64,000 bases of DNA, taken from Oceanispirochaeta sp. (lineage in GTDB: Bacteria > Spirochaetota > Spirochaetia > DSM-2461). Position numbers and translations under genes: made by a program. The stretch is from positions 1,024,001 through 1,088,000 of the forward strand of contig CAXXXD010000002.1 of NCBI GenBank assembly GCA_963663385.2, read 5' to 3'. Position 1 is the first letter of the stretch, and each line of letters begins with the position of its first letter. Below, piece by piece: positions 55,717 through 64,000 of this stretch. The notes beneath the pieces are model-generated. The model ran no database searches. It had not been told where the DNA came from and saw nothing but the letters and a program-made list of their open reading frames with translations.

Positions 55717-57615
55717 ATGTCATTAATTAAACATGAAAGAACCGGGTTTACCCTCTGTAATCCCGATAAGGGAATATTTGAAAACGGACTGCCGTCACAG
55801 GATGAAATCAAAAATGCTTTGTCTCCCATGATCCTTTCCGCCTCGGGATGGCGGAAGGTATTTGCCTGTGACGGGGATGAAGAGAGCCAGACGGAAAACA
55901 TTGCGTCCGCGGACAGTTATCTGTCCGGAGCTATGGCTCAGGTCTTTATGGATTATATGATAGAAAATACAGGGAACAGCAATCCTGTTATCCTGCTGGG
56001 AATGGATGCCCGGTTTACAGGGCCTGCCATTGCGGATGCCATGCTGCGTGTTCTGCTTGCAAGGGGTGCTCAGGTCCGTTACCTGTTTATTGCAGCTGCT
56101 CCCGAAATTATGGGGTATGCAGGCCAGAGCAAGGGAATCGATGGATTTATCTATATTTCCGCCAGTCATAATCCGATCGGGCATAATGGTGTGAAATTCG
56201 GCTTGAATACGGGAGGCGTCCTGGACGGTTCTCAGGCTGCCGATATGATTGCCCGTTTCAAATCCTTTCTGGATGAGGAGTCGAATATACAGGGACTCAG
56301 CTCTTTAATGGATCAGGCAAATGCGGATGATATCCGGAAGATACTGGGAGAGTCGACGGAGTGGAAGAGAGAAGCGGAGAGGGTCTACGGCGAGTTCACA
56401 GCCCGGGTTATAACGGGACAGGAGGATCCTTCAGCCAGGGAAGCTCTGATTGAACAGTTTAAGAAGGGCATAAGCGATTCGCCTATGGGTGTTGTCTCGG
56501 AATTGAACGGAAGCGCCCGGACCTTATCCATCGACAAGTCCTTCCTGGAGGACCTGGGAGTTCAGGTTACTGTTGTAAATGGAAGGCCCAGAGAGATAAC
56601 CCACAGGATTGTCCCCGAGGGGGAATCCCTGAACCTCTGCCGGGAAATACTGGAAAAAGAAGCCGCTGTCGACAGGGCGTTTCAGTTGGGATATGTTCCG
56701 GATAATGATGGAGACCGGGGTAATCTGGTTTACAGGAACAGTAAGACAGGCAAAGCGGAAATACTGGAAGCTCAGGAGGTTTTCGCCCTTTCCGTTCTTG
56801 CGGAGCTGGCTTTTCTTGAGTGGAGCGGTCATATTACAGATAAAACGGCAGTTGCCGTTAACGGTCCTACATCCATGAGGATTGATGAGATTGCCTCCTG
56901 TTTCGGATGCCGGACGTTCCGGGCTGAAGTAGGAGAAGCCAATGTGGTGAATCTGGCCAGGGAGAAGCGGGCTGAAGGCTGGCAGATCCGGATCCTGGGG
57001 GAAGGTTCCAACGGCGGTAATATCACCTATCCCGCAGCGGTACGGGATCCCCTCAACACACTGGGGGCTCTGCTCAAGCTTCTGACTCTCAGAAGCCGGG
57101 AAGGGAAGGCCGGATTGTTTCAGATCTGGTGTGAAAAAAGCGGGCAGATGGACCTCTACCGGGACGATTTTGACCTGACACATATTCTGGAATCCCTTCC
57201 TTCCTATGTTACCAGCAGCGCCTATGAAAAAAGGGCATTGATGCAGATTCAAACGACCGATCATGCCAGGCTGAAGGCCAATTACGAAAGTATTTTTCTG
57301 AAATCATGGGAATCTCGCCGATCTGAACTGGCTGAGCGTTTCGGGATTGTCTCCTGGGAGGAGTGGAATCAGGAAGGAACGTCCTCTGTTCAGGGAATGG
57401 GAGCTCAATTTCGTTCCGGTGCAGAGAGGGGGGGGCTGACCATACGCTTTCTTGACAGGCAGAAGAAGCCTATCGCCTGTATCTGGATGCGGGGGAGCGG
57501 TACGGAACCGGTCTTCCGGGTTCTGGCAGACTGGAAAGGAAAGGACCCTTCTGCAGAAGAATATCTGCTGGAATGGCATAAAAAAATGATAAAAGAAGCA
57601 GATGGGCAGGATTAA
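55717..57615 (+). CDS. Phosphoglucomutase/phosphomannomutase family protein
   Basis: SASGWR, ISASHNP, PDNDGDR, GEGSNGG, RGSGTEP. Confidence 0.85.
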   Translation: MSLIKHERTGFTLCNPDKGIFENGLPSQDEIKNALSPMILSASGWRKVFACDGDEESQTENIASADSYLSGAMAQVFMDYMIENTGNSNPVILLGMDARFTGPAIADAMLRVLLARGAQVRYLFIAAAPEIMGYAGQSKGIDGFIYISASHNPIGHNGVKFGLNTGGVLDGSQAADMIARFKSFLDEESNIQGLSSLMDQANADDIRKILGESTEWKREAERVYGEFTARVITGQEDPSAREALIEQFKKGISDSPMGVVSELNGSARTLSIDKSFLEDLGVQVTVVNGRPREITHRIVPEGESLNLCREILEKEAAVDRAFQLGYVPDNDGDRGNLVYRNSKTGKAEILEAQEVFALSVLAELAFLEWSGHITDKTAVAVNGPTSMRIDEIASCFGCRTFRAEVGEANVVNLAREKRAEGWQIRILGEGSNGGNITYPAAVRDPLNTLGALLKLLTLRSREGKAGLFQIWCEKSGQMDLYRDDFDLTHILESLPSYVTSSAYEKRALMQIQTTDHARLKANYESIFLKSWESRRSELAERFGIVSWEEWNQEGTSSVQGMGAQFRSGAERGGLTIRFLDRQKKPIACIWMRGSGTEPVFRVLADWKGKDPSAEEYLLEWHKKMIKEADGQD

Positions 57616-58258
57616 TTCACCTTTTTCCACCATACTTTTTGATGTAGACAATACATTGTACGATGCTGAGTGCGGTGTGGAAACCGAGATGAGCCGGAGA
57701 ATAGATGAGTTTGTTTCGGATTATCTAGGGGTGACCAAGGATGAATCACGGGCTCTCCGGGCGGAGTATCTGCCTGTATACGGAACTACCCTGAGGTGGC
57801 TCCAGGTCTGTCATAATATGACCGATACCGGCAGGTATATGAATATAGTTCATCCTGTAAACCTGGAAGACTATATTGACAGGAATCACCAATTGCGTGA
57901 AATGCTCCAGTCATTGACACAGAATCTGGTTGTATTTACTAACGGACCCGAGTTTCATGCCAGAAGGGTTTTGAAAACCCTGGGGATTGAAGACCTTTTT
58001 ACCCGTTTCTTTGCATTGGAACATATGGGCTTTCAGGGAAAGCCCTGCGAGTCTGCCTATAAACTGGTTCTGGATAGTCTGAAGATTAAGGCGGAGGAAA
58101 CCCTTTTTCTGGATGATAAGGAAGTCAACCTGGATGCTTTTCACAGGATGGGCGGGTTTGGGCTCCTTGTCGGTCAGGGATCCGCTACCGGCCGGTACCC
58201 GCAGATTCGTACAATTCTGGAATTGAAGGACTATCTTGAACAAGAGGTGTTGGAATGA
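57602..58258 (+). CDS. HAD family pyrimidine 5'-nucleotidase-like hydrolase
   Basis: FDVDNTLY, YGTTL, FTNG, KP, FLDD. Confidence 0.85.
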   Translation: MGRINSPFSTILFDVDNTLYDAECGVETEMSRRIDEFVSDYLGVTKDESRALRAEYLPVYGTTLRWLQVCHNMTDTGRYMNIVHPVNLEDYIDRNHQLREMLQSLTQNLVVFTNGPEFHARRVLKTLGIEDLFTRFFALEHMGFQGKPCESAYKLVLDSLKIKAEETLFLDDKEVNLDAFHRMGGFGLLVGQGSATGRYPQIRTILELKDYLEQEVLE

Positions 58259-59181
58259 TTAAGAAAGAATTCCCCGAGGAAGATAAAAAGACTCGTATGA
58301 AGGCTCATGCCGGTGACAGACGGTACCACTTCTTCCTCTCCGGCGGTGATGTCAGGGGGGTGCTGGTTCACGGAAGCCGGATGATAAGGGAAATGAAACT
58401 GAACCATGACCTTGGTGTGCTGGAAACTATCGTTCTGGGACAGGCTTATCTGGGTACTGTCCTGATGGCGGCGGGTCTTAAGGAAGAGGGGCTTATACAG
58501 CTTAAAGTGGAATGCGGCGGTCCCCTGCAGGGGCTTTCTGTAGAAGGGGATTCTCACGGTACAGTCCGCGGCTATCTGTTTCAGAACCCCATTCCCCTTG
58601 AAAAGGCACCGGACAGCCTTGATACCTCCAATCTGTTCGGTCCCGGATTTCTTTCGGTTACCCGGTATACCGTTGAAAAGGGGAAACCTTTTACGGGAAA
58701 GGTTATGCTGAGATCCGGACGGCTGGGGGAGGATCTGGCGGCCTATTATCAGGAATCCGAACAGATCCCTACCATATTTATCCTCAGTGTCCGATTGAAT
58801 AAGGAGGGAGATGTAAAAGGCGCTGCCGGTCTATTCCTCCAGGCTATGCCCGGCAGCGATGAGAAACTGCTTGAAGTTATTCAGGAAACAGCCGTGGCTC
58901 TACCTTCTTTAGGAGATACCGTTAACGCCGAAACAGATATAGACGCTTTTATAGAGGGCGCTTTCAAACAATTTAATCCGGAAATGCTTGAAAGCAAAAG
59001 GGTCGAGTTTATGTGCAGCTGCAACAGGGACCGCTTTGAGAAATTCCTTTCCAACCTTTCCAGGAATGAAAAAGAGGAGATTCTGGCAAAAGGTCCTTTT
59101 CCCCTTGTAACAACCTGTTTCAACTGCAATACATCCTACGAGTTTGAAAAGGATGTTTTGCTGGAGTTATTTAAGCAGTAA
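58255..59181 (+). CDS. hslO: Hsp33 redox-regulated chaperone
   Basis: EDLAAYYQESEQIP, LQAMPG, CSC...CFNC zinc motif. Confidence 0.92.
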   Translation: MIKKEFPEEDKKTRMKAHAGDRRYHFFLSGGDVRGVLVHGSRMIREMKLNHDLGVLETIVLGQAYLGTVLMAAGLKEEGLIQLKVECGGPLQGLSVEGDSHGTVRGYLFQNPIPLEKAPDSLDTSNLFGPGFLSVTRYTVEKGKPFTGKVMLRSGRLGEDLAAYYQESEQIPTIFILSVRLNKEGDVKGAAGLFLQAMPGSDEKLLEVIQETAVALPSLGDTVNAETDIDAFIEGAFKQFNPEMLESKRVEFMCSCNRDRFEKFLSNLSRNEKEEILAKGPFPLVTTCFNCNTSYEFEKDVLLELFKQ

Positions 59182-59264
59182 TCAGGATTTATTCCCGATT
59201 TTCTTGAGAAGCCCTGCCTGTTCGGATTAGAATTTAAGAAGATGGAAATCTTTGGAGGTATATT

Positions 59265-60467
59265 ATGAAGAGGCAGATTCTTAAAAACTCCAGCTTTCTT
59301 CTCTTGTTTCTGGCAGTGATTCTACTCATATCCTCCTGTATAACCCGTACACCCGTAAGCGATGAAGACTCCGTAATCACCATCTGGTCCGATCCTGATT
59401 TGGGAGACAACTATGAGGAACCTCCTCTCCCTGAGATCCGCAGTGAAGGTCTTACTGCAACTGAAGTGAACAATATGACAATCTACCGGGAGAATATCCG
59501 TTCTATTGTAAATATTACTACGGTCAGTCTATATGGTTCCCGCTTTCTGGGTTCTTATTCTCAGGAGGGGAGCGGATCGGGGGTTATAATATCAGCAGAA
59601 GGGTATATCCTGACAAACAGGCATGTGGTTGACGGGGCGGACTATGTCGTTATTACTCTTTATGATGGAACGAATTATCAGGCCCGTAAAATAGGCAGTG
59701 ATCCGGAAAATGATCTGGCTGTTCTCAAATTCGACCCGGCCGGGAGAGTTCTGCATGTAATAACTCCGGGAACCGCCAGCGACCTGCAGGTGGGGCAGAC
59801 CGTATTAGCCCTGGGAAATCCCTTCGGTCTTGAAGGAACCCTTACAACCGGTATCGTGTCCGGGCTGAACCGTCCCCTTCAGACAGAGGACGGTTTCCTC
59901 CTTAAAAGCATGATCCAGACTGATGCTGCCATAAATCCGGGTAATTCCGGAGGAGCTCTGCTTAATTCCCGTGGAGAACTGATAGGGATCAACACCATGA
60001 TTCTGACTGCCAGCGGCAGCGGCAGTATCGGAATAGGGTTTGCCATCCCTGTGGAAACGGCTCTGCGTATTGCTCCTGAATTGATCAGGGACGGGCATAT
60101 AACAAGGGGGTGGATTGACATTGAAGCCCTTTCCATTACACCGTCTCTGGCATCACAGCTGGGAATCCCCTTTATCGACTATGGGGTGATGATTACCATG
60201 GTTATCAAGGGCGGAAATGCCGAATTGGCCGGTTTGAAGGGCGGTACAGAGAGACGGGGAGTCGGATTGGGTTTAAACAGTGTCTTTATAGGGGGGGACA
60301 TCATAATCAGTATTGATGGATCTCCCATCAAGAATGTACTGGATTATTTCAGTGTTCTGGAAGGTTCCCGGCCGGGGGATATTTATGAGCTTGAGTATAT
60401 TCGGAACGGGGAAACATTCAAAGTGGAAATCAAGCTGTCCGAACGGCCCATGAACTATCGCTATTGA
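59265..60467 (+). CDS. HtrA/DegP-like serine protease lipoprotein with one PDZ domain
   Basis: ISSC lipobox, TNRHVV, DLAVLK, TDAAINPGNSGG. Confidence 0.92.
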   Translation: MKRQILKNSSFLLLFLAVILLISSCITRTPVSDEDSVITIWSDPDLGDNYEEPPLPEIRSEGLTATEVNNMTIYRENIRSIVNITTVSLYGSRFLGSYSQEGSGSGVIISAEGYILTNRHVVDGADYVVITLYDGTNYQARKIGSDPENDLAVLKFDPAGRVLHVITPGTASDLQVGQTVLALGNPFGLEGTLTTGIVSGLNRPLQTEDGFLLKSMIQTDAAINPGNSGGALLNSRGELIGINTMILTASGSGSIGIGFAIPVETALRIAPELIRDGHITRGWIDIEALSITPSLASQLGIPFIDYGVMITMVIKGGNAELAGLKGGTERRGVGLGLNSVFIGGDIIISIDGSPIKNVLDYFSVLEGSRPGDIYELEYIRNGETFKVEIKLSERPMNYRY

Positions 60468-60476
60468 ATAGAAGGA

Positions 60477-61823
60477 TCAGTAAAAAAGGCTGGTGGAGAG
60501 GAGGAATTCAAAACGGTCGTCTTCCGGGCTGGGGACAAGAAGATCCCAGCCGAATGTTGTTCTTACCTGAATACTGGTCAGTTTGTCAAAGAAAAAGAGG
60601 AAACTGAATCCTGTTGACATCCTGAAATCCTGATCTGCTGAGAAGCTTTCTCTCTCCCGTTTACTTAAACCGAAATCCATAAAAGGTTCCCATTGCAGTT
60701 CAAACAAATTGTCCCAGTCCAGAGTTTTAAGTGCAGCGGCGCTGTTCAGAACAAAACAGGAATTCCCATAGAAGTTTTCATCCGGAACTCCCCGCATATA
60801 AATTCCGAGTCCGGATTTTTCTTCATTATAGCTGGTGGCCAGAACACTTCTGAAATTCACCCCCAGCTGCCTGTGGAGACTATGGTACCAGGCTGTTTCT
60901 ATATAGCTGAATCCTTTCATTTCTTCTTCTCTGAAACTGTAGCGGAACAATACCCCCAGATCACAATTTATGCCTTCCCGGAAATTCCCGTGCCAGTCAT
61001 AGGGGTCGTACACCAGATTCTGTACCAGCCCGAAAGAAAATGGTTCTTCCCGGGGAGGATCGCCATGATCTCCCAGACTGTTTTTGTAGGAGTACCGCAT
61101 ATTGGCTATGGGAGCAATTGTATAGGTAAGGTTCTTGTTAAGGGGAAAATCCGTTCCAAAACTCAGGATGGTTTCGTTATAGCTGTAGTTCTCCACAGTC
61201 TTTTCCGTATTGGTTTTGATCTCCCTGTTATGCTGCTGTATCCACTGAAATCCGTAGGTCCTGTTTCCCAGGTGAATATTTTCCAGGGTCGTATCCACCT
61301 GCCAGAGACCGGTATCCACTCCCTCTATATCCTCTTCCGGAGAAACCTGGATATAACTGTCAATTTCAAATTCCATGAGGGTTCCGAAAAAATTGGAGTA
61401 AAGGATCTTGGATTCCATGGTAAGATCCGTGTTTGTATCGTATTTAGGGTAAACAAGGGGGACAAAGGTCCAGGAATCCTCTAGAAATATGGTAAGACTG
61501 TAGGAGCGGTATGTTTCCGATTCTTCCAGCAAAGCCTTTTCTGTCCGGACAGAAGAGTAGAGCCGCAGGTTGAGCAGATCCTGTTCGATACGGGCTATGG
61601 CATTGTCCATCTCTTCCAGACTGCGGTAAGTCAGAATATCCGGAAGGTTAAGTTCTTTTTCCAGTGCCCATGGACGGCTCATTCCGTTAATACTGTAAAT
61701 CCGCTTCGATATTGAATAACTCTGTTTTCTGCTAATCGTTCCAGAAGATTCTGCAGAAAGGGTGGAGAAAAAAACTGCTACTATCAGGAAACAGAGTATT
61801 TTTTGAATAAATCGTGAAAACAG
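60477..61823 (-). CDS. Omp85/TamA-like outer-membrane protein (single POTRA + beta-barrel)
   Basis: POTRA-like LLNLRLYSSV...EDSWT, MRG motif, aromatic C-terminus. Frame is open upstream of ATG 61682 to a CTG at 61823 that yields a signal peptide. Confidence 0.7.
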   Translation of the reverse strand: MFSRFIQKILCFLIVAVFFSTLSAESSGTISRKQSYSISKRIYSINGMSRPWALEKELNLPDILTYRSLEEMDNAIARIEQDLLNLRLYSSVRTEKALLEESETYRSYSLTIFLEDSWTFVPLVYPKYDTNTDLTMESKILYSNFFGTLMEFEIDSYIQVSPEEDIEGVDTGLWQVDTTLENIHLGNRTYGFQWIQQHNREIKTNTEKTVENYSYNETILSFGTDFPLNKNLTYTIAPIANMRYSYKNSLGDHGDPPREEPFSFGLVQNLVYDPYDWHGNFREGINCDLGVLFRYSFREEEMKGFSYIETAWYHSLHRQLGVNFRSVLATSYNEEKSGLGIYMRGVPDENFYGNSCFVLNSAAALKTLDWDNLFELQWEPFMDFGLSKRERESFSADQDFRMSTGFSFLFFFDKLTSIQVRTTFGWDLLVPSPEDDRFEFLLSTSLFY

Positions 61824-61901
61824 AGAGGAACCGCCTGTATTTTATTATTCCTTTATTGTATCTCCAAAACGGGAAAAATCAACATGGGTTCTGTCATTAT
61901 T

Positions 61902-62663
61902 TTATGAAAACTGCTTATTATCACCGGATGAGCGGATAATTCTGTCCCAGTCATAGAGCGGGACAAATTCTTCTCCCGGTTTGAGTACCTGAAAATCCTC
62001 TTCCGGCCAGTTTCCGAAAAGCAGATTTTCTATCAGGCGGATACTGCCTTTCTGTTCCGTATAGGTATAGCCCTCCGTTTCGGACTCTTCCCGGCACTTT
62101 TTCCTGAAGACCGGGAGATCGGTTTCAGGGACATTAATAAAATAAAGCTCTTTACAGCTGCTCTGTTCAGTTTCTTTAATGGTTTCCATTATATAACGGG
62201 CATTCTCTTCTCCGTACAGCTCTACATAGTCCTGATATGTCCTGTTCAGTCCCATAGCCGCACCTACAGTTGATTCATGGAGGTAGGATTCGCCCCTCTC
62301 CATATAGCCGGCAGAAGAAAAAGGCCGGCTCGGGTTATCACTGAAAAGTTCCCTGAACCGCTCCTTTGAGCCCAGAAAAAGGGTACAGCAATCGTGGGCC
62401 CTGGGAAGGACCAGAGGGTAGCGGGAAGAACTCAGACCGGCCGTTCCATTGCCGCATAACCCGTATCCCAGAAGAATAGCATCGTATTCCGTATAGGATT
62501 CTTCTGCTTTTCGAATCTCTTCGGTAATGGTTTTTCTCAGAAGGTCTCCCGATTCATGAGCTCCCTTCGGGGTAAATACCATATCAATGGTGTGGGGAGA
62601 CCGCGCCACGCACCAGCTAATTTCACGGATCAGGACTTCGCAGGCAATCAGTTTCAGTTTCAT
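61902..62663 (-). CDS. DUF1638 domain protein
   Basis: LIACEV, ILLGYGLCGNG, PRAHDCCTLFLG. Confidence 0.8.
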   Translation of the reverse strand: MKLKLIACEVLIREISWCVARSPHTIDMVFTPKGAHESGDLLRKTITEEIRKAEESYTEYDAILLGYGLCGNGTAGLSSSRYPLVLPRAHDCCTLFLGSKERFRELFSDNPSRPFSSAGYMERGESYLHESTVGAAMGLNRTYQDYVELYGEENARYIMETIKETEQSSCKELYFINVPETDLPVFRKKCREESETEGYTYTEQKGSIRLIENLLFGNWPEEDFQVLKPGEEFVPLYDWDRIIRSSGDNKQFS

Positions 62664-62760
62664 AGGACAAGTATAATTCGAATCAGTTCTTCGGCATTGT
62701 GATTTTTTTCTGTTTTTATAAAGAAGTGTAATAATTCAGCTGTTATCACTACTTTATCCA

Positions 62761-62856
62761 GACCCACTCCTTCTCCCCCAAGAGGAGAAACGACCGGAGA
62801 GTTATACCCTTCCCCGGATACAAGCGGAGTCGAGGGTGGAGGGGGCGGGGGAGGTC
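62761..62856. repeat. BoxC-like type 1 element with a REP-like unit in its loop
   Basis: GACCCACTCCTTCTCCCCCAAGAGGAGA...CCCTTCC[CCGGATACAAGCGGAGTCGAGGGT]GGAGGGGGCGGGGGAGGTC. Confidence 0.7.
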
Positions 62857-62883
62857 TTCCCCCTTACAGCCTGATGCGGTACT

Positions 62884-63552
62884 ATGAAACCCATGAAACT
62901 TACAGTGATCCATGCGGGGACCGTCCCCTACGAAGAAGCTTTTAAATGGCAGTACGAACTGGTTGAAAAAAGGCGGAACGGGCAGATTAACGATACCCTT
63001 ATTCTCCTTGAGCATCCTCCCGTTCTGACTACAGGGCGGCGGGATCAGGCCCATAATATTCTGATTGACGCTGAAAAAAGCGGGATTCCCGTAATTAAAA
63101 CCAACCGGGGCGGGGAAGTTACCTATCACGGACCGGGGCAGATGGTCGGTTATATGATTGTCGATCTTTCCCAGTTCTCCCGCAGGGTAAAGCAGTTTGT
63201 ACATAACCTGGAAGAGGTTTTTGTCGAAGTTCTGGAGACGCACTATGGAATACGGGCTGACCGGCACGACAAACACAGGGGCGTCTGGGTGGGAGATAAC
63301 AAGATTACCGCCATAGGGCTTGCCATTGAGAGAGAAATTACCATGCATGGCTTTGCCTTCAATATCAATACGGATCTGAGTCATTTCAACTGGATTGTCC
63401 CCTGCGGGATAACTGAGGAGGGCAAAGGTGTAATTTCTCTGGAAAAAATCACCGGAAAAACCTGGCCCATGGAAGACCTGAACCGTCAGGTGGCGGAAGC
63501 CTATGCCCGGGTTTACAACTATGATGAAGTGGAGATTCAATATGGCCGATAG
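62884..63552 (+). CDS. lipB: Lipoyl(octanoyl) transferase
   Basis: [39 protein letters not shown]. Confidence 0.95.
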   Translation: MKPMKLTVIHAGTVPYEEAFKWQYELVEKRRNGQINDTLILLEHPPVLTTGRRDQAHNILIDAEKSGIPVIKTNRGGEVTYHGPGQMVGYMIVDLSQFSRRVKQFVHNLEEVFVEVLETHYGIRADRHDKHRGVWVGDNKITAIGLAIEREITMHGFAFNINTDLSHFNWIVPCGITEEGKGVISLEKITGKTWPMEDLNRQVAEAYARVYNYDEVEIQYGR

Positions 63553-64000
63553 TACATACCTCAGAAAGCCGGAGTGGCTGAAAATCCCCGTCCGGAAGGG
63601 TGATAAAATGCATTTTGTGGAGGACCTTTTAAAACAGACGTCCCTGCATACGGTTTGTCAGGAGGCAAACTGTCCCAACAGGATGGAGTGTTTCAGTAAA
63701 AAAACTGCAACTTTTATGATTCTGGGCAGAATCTGTTCCAGGGGCTGCCGTTTCTGCAATGTGACAGGCGGGAAGCCGACACCTGTGGATCAGGAAGAGC
63801 CTAAGAAAGTAGCCGAAGCCATCAAGGCATTGGGCCTGAAGTTTGCGGTAATCACGTCTGTGACACGGGATGATCTGGAAGACGGCGGTTCCGCCATATT
63901 TGCCGAACTGATCCGGGAAGTGCACAGGCTGGACCCCCCTGTAGGGGTAGAGGTCCTGATACCCGACTTTCAGGGTCGCCGGGAAGATCTTCAGAGAGTG
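63542..64000 (+). CDS. lipA: Lipoyl synthase (3' truncated by window edge; absent from the ORF track)
   Basis: [44 protein letters not shown]. Confidence 0.95.
   Translation, partial: MADSTYLRKPEWLKIPVRKGDKMHFVEDLLKQTSLHTVCQEANCPNRMECFSKKTATFMILGRICSRGCRFCNVTGGKPTPVDQEEPKKVAEAIKALGLKFAVITSVTRDDLEDGGSAIFAELIREVHRLDPPVGVEVLIPDFQGRREDLQRV

Overview
64 kb of chromosome from an anaerobic spirochaete. The assignment (Spirochaetaceae/Oceanispirochaeta-like) is inferred from gene content and protein style, not from a search. Left 15 kb: two convergent, paralogous sugar ABC transporter operons enclosing an L-rhamnose-mutarotase-family gene, two UroD/MtaA-superfamily genes and an AraC gene, plus an SBP-AraC fusion regulator. 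The rest is mostly housekeeping: divergent proS, oppA-oppABCDF, two two-component systems, a perR-rbr-dfx-rubredoxin cluster, aroC/aroK, engB, a porin, trpS, a sigma70-like gene, rdgB, pepF, serS, neuB-like, phosphomutase, hslO, htrA, Omp85-like, DUF1638 and lipB/lipA. The most striking unannotated signal is a ~70-nt minus-strand small RNA candidate (47768-47837) with its own sigma70 promoter. It forms a 13-bp terminator stem whose loop and adjacent arm can pair over 33 consecutive nt (32 Watson-Crick + 1 G-U) with nearly the whole predicted 5' UTR and RBS of the neighbouring beta-barrel gene (45942). Its promoter carries the same tandem TGCAC-N5-GTGCA operators as the MMPL/LolA-like/OMP operon beside the tetR gene, suggesting a TetR-controlled outer-membrane-channel switch. 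Also seen: about 11 BoxC-like palindromic repeats, a second REP-like family, a 231-bp MITE, two probable CTG starts and several probable leaderless genes. No rRNA, tRNA, CRISPR array or intact transposase was recognised.
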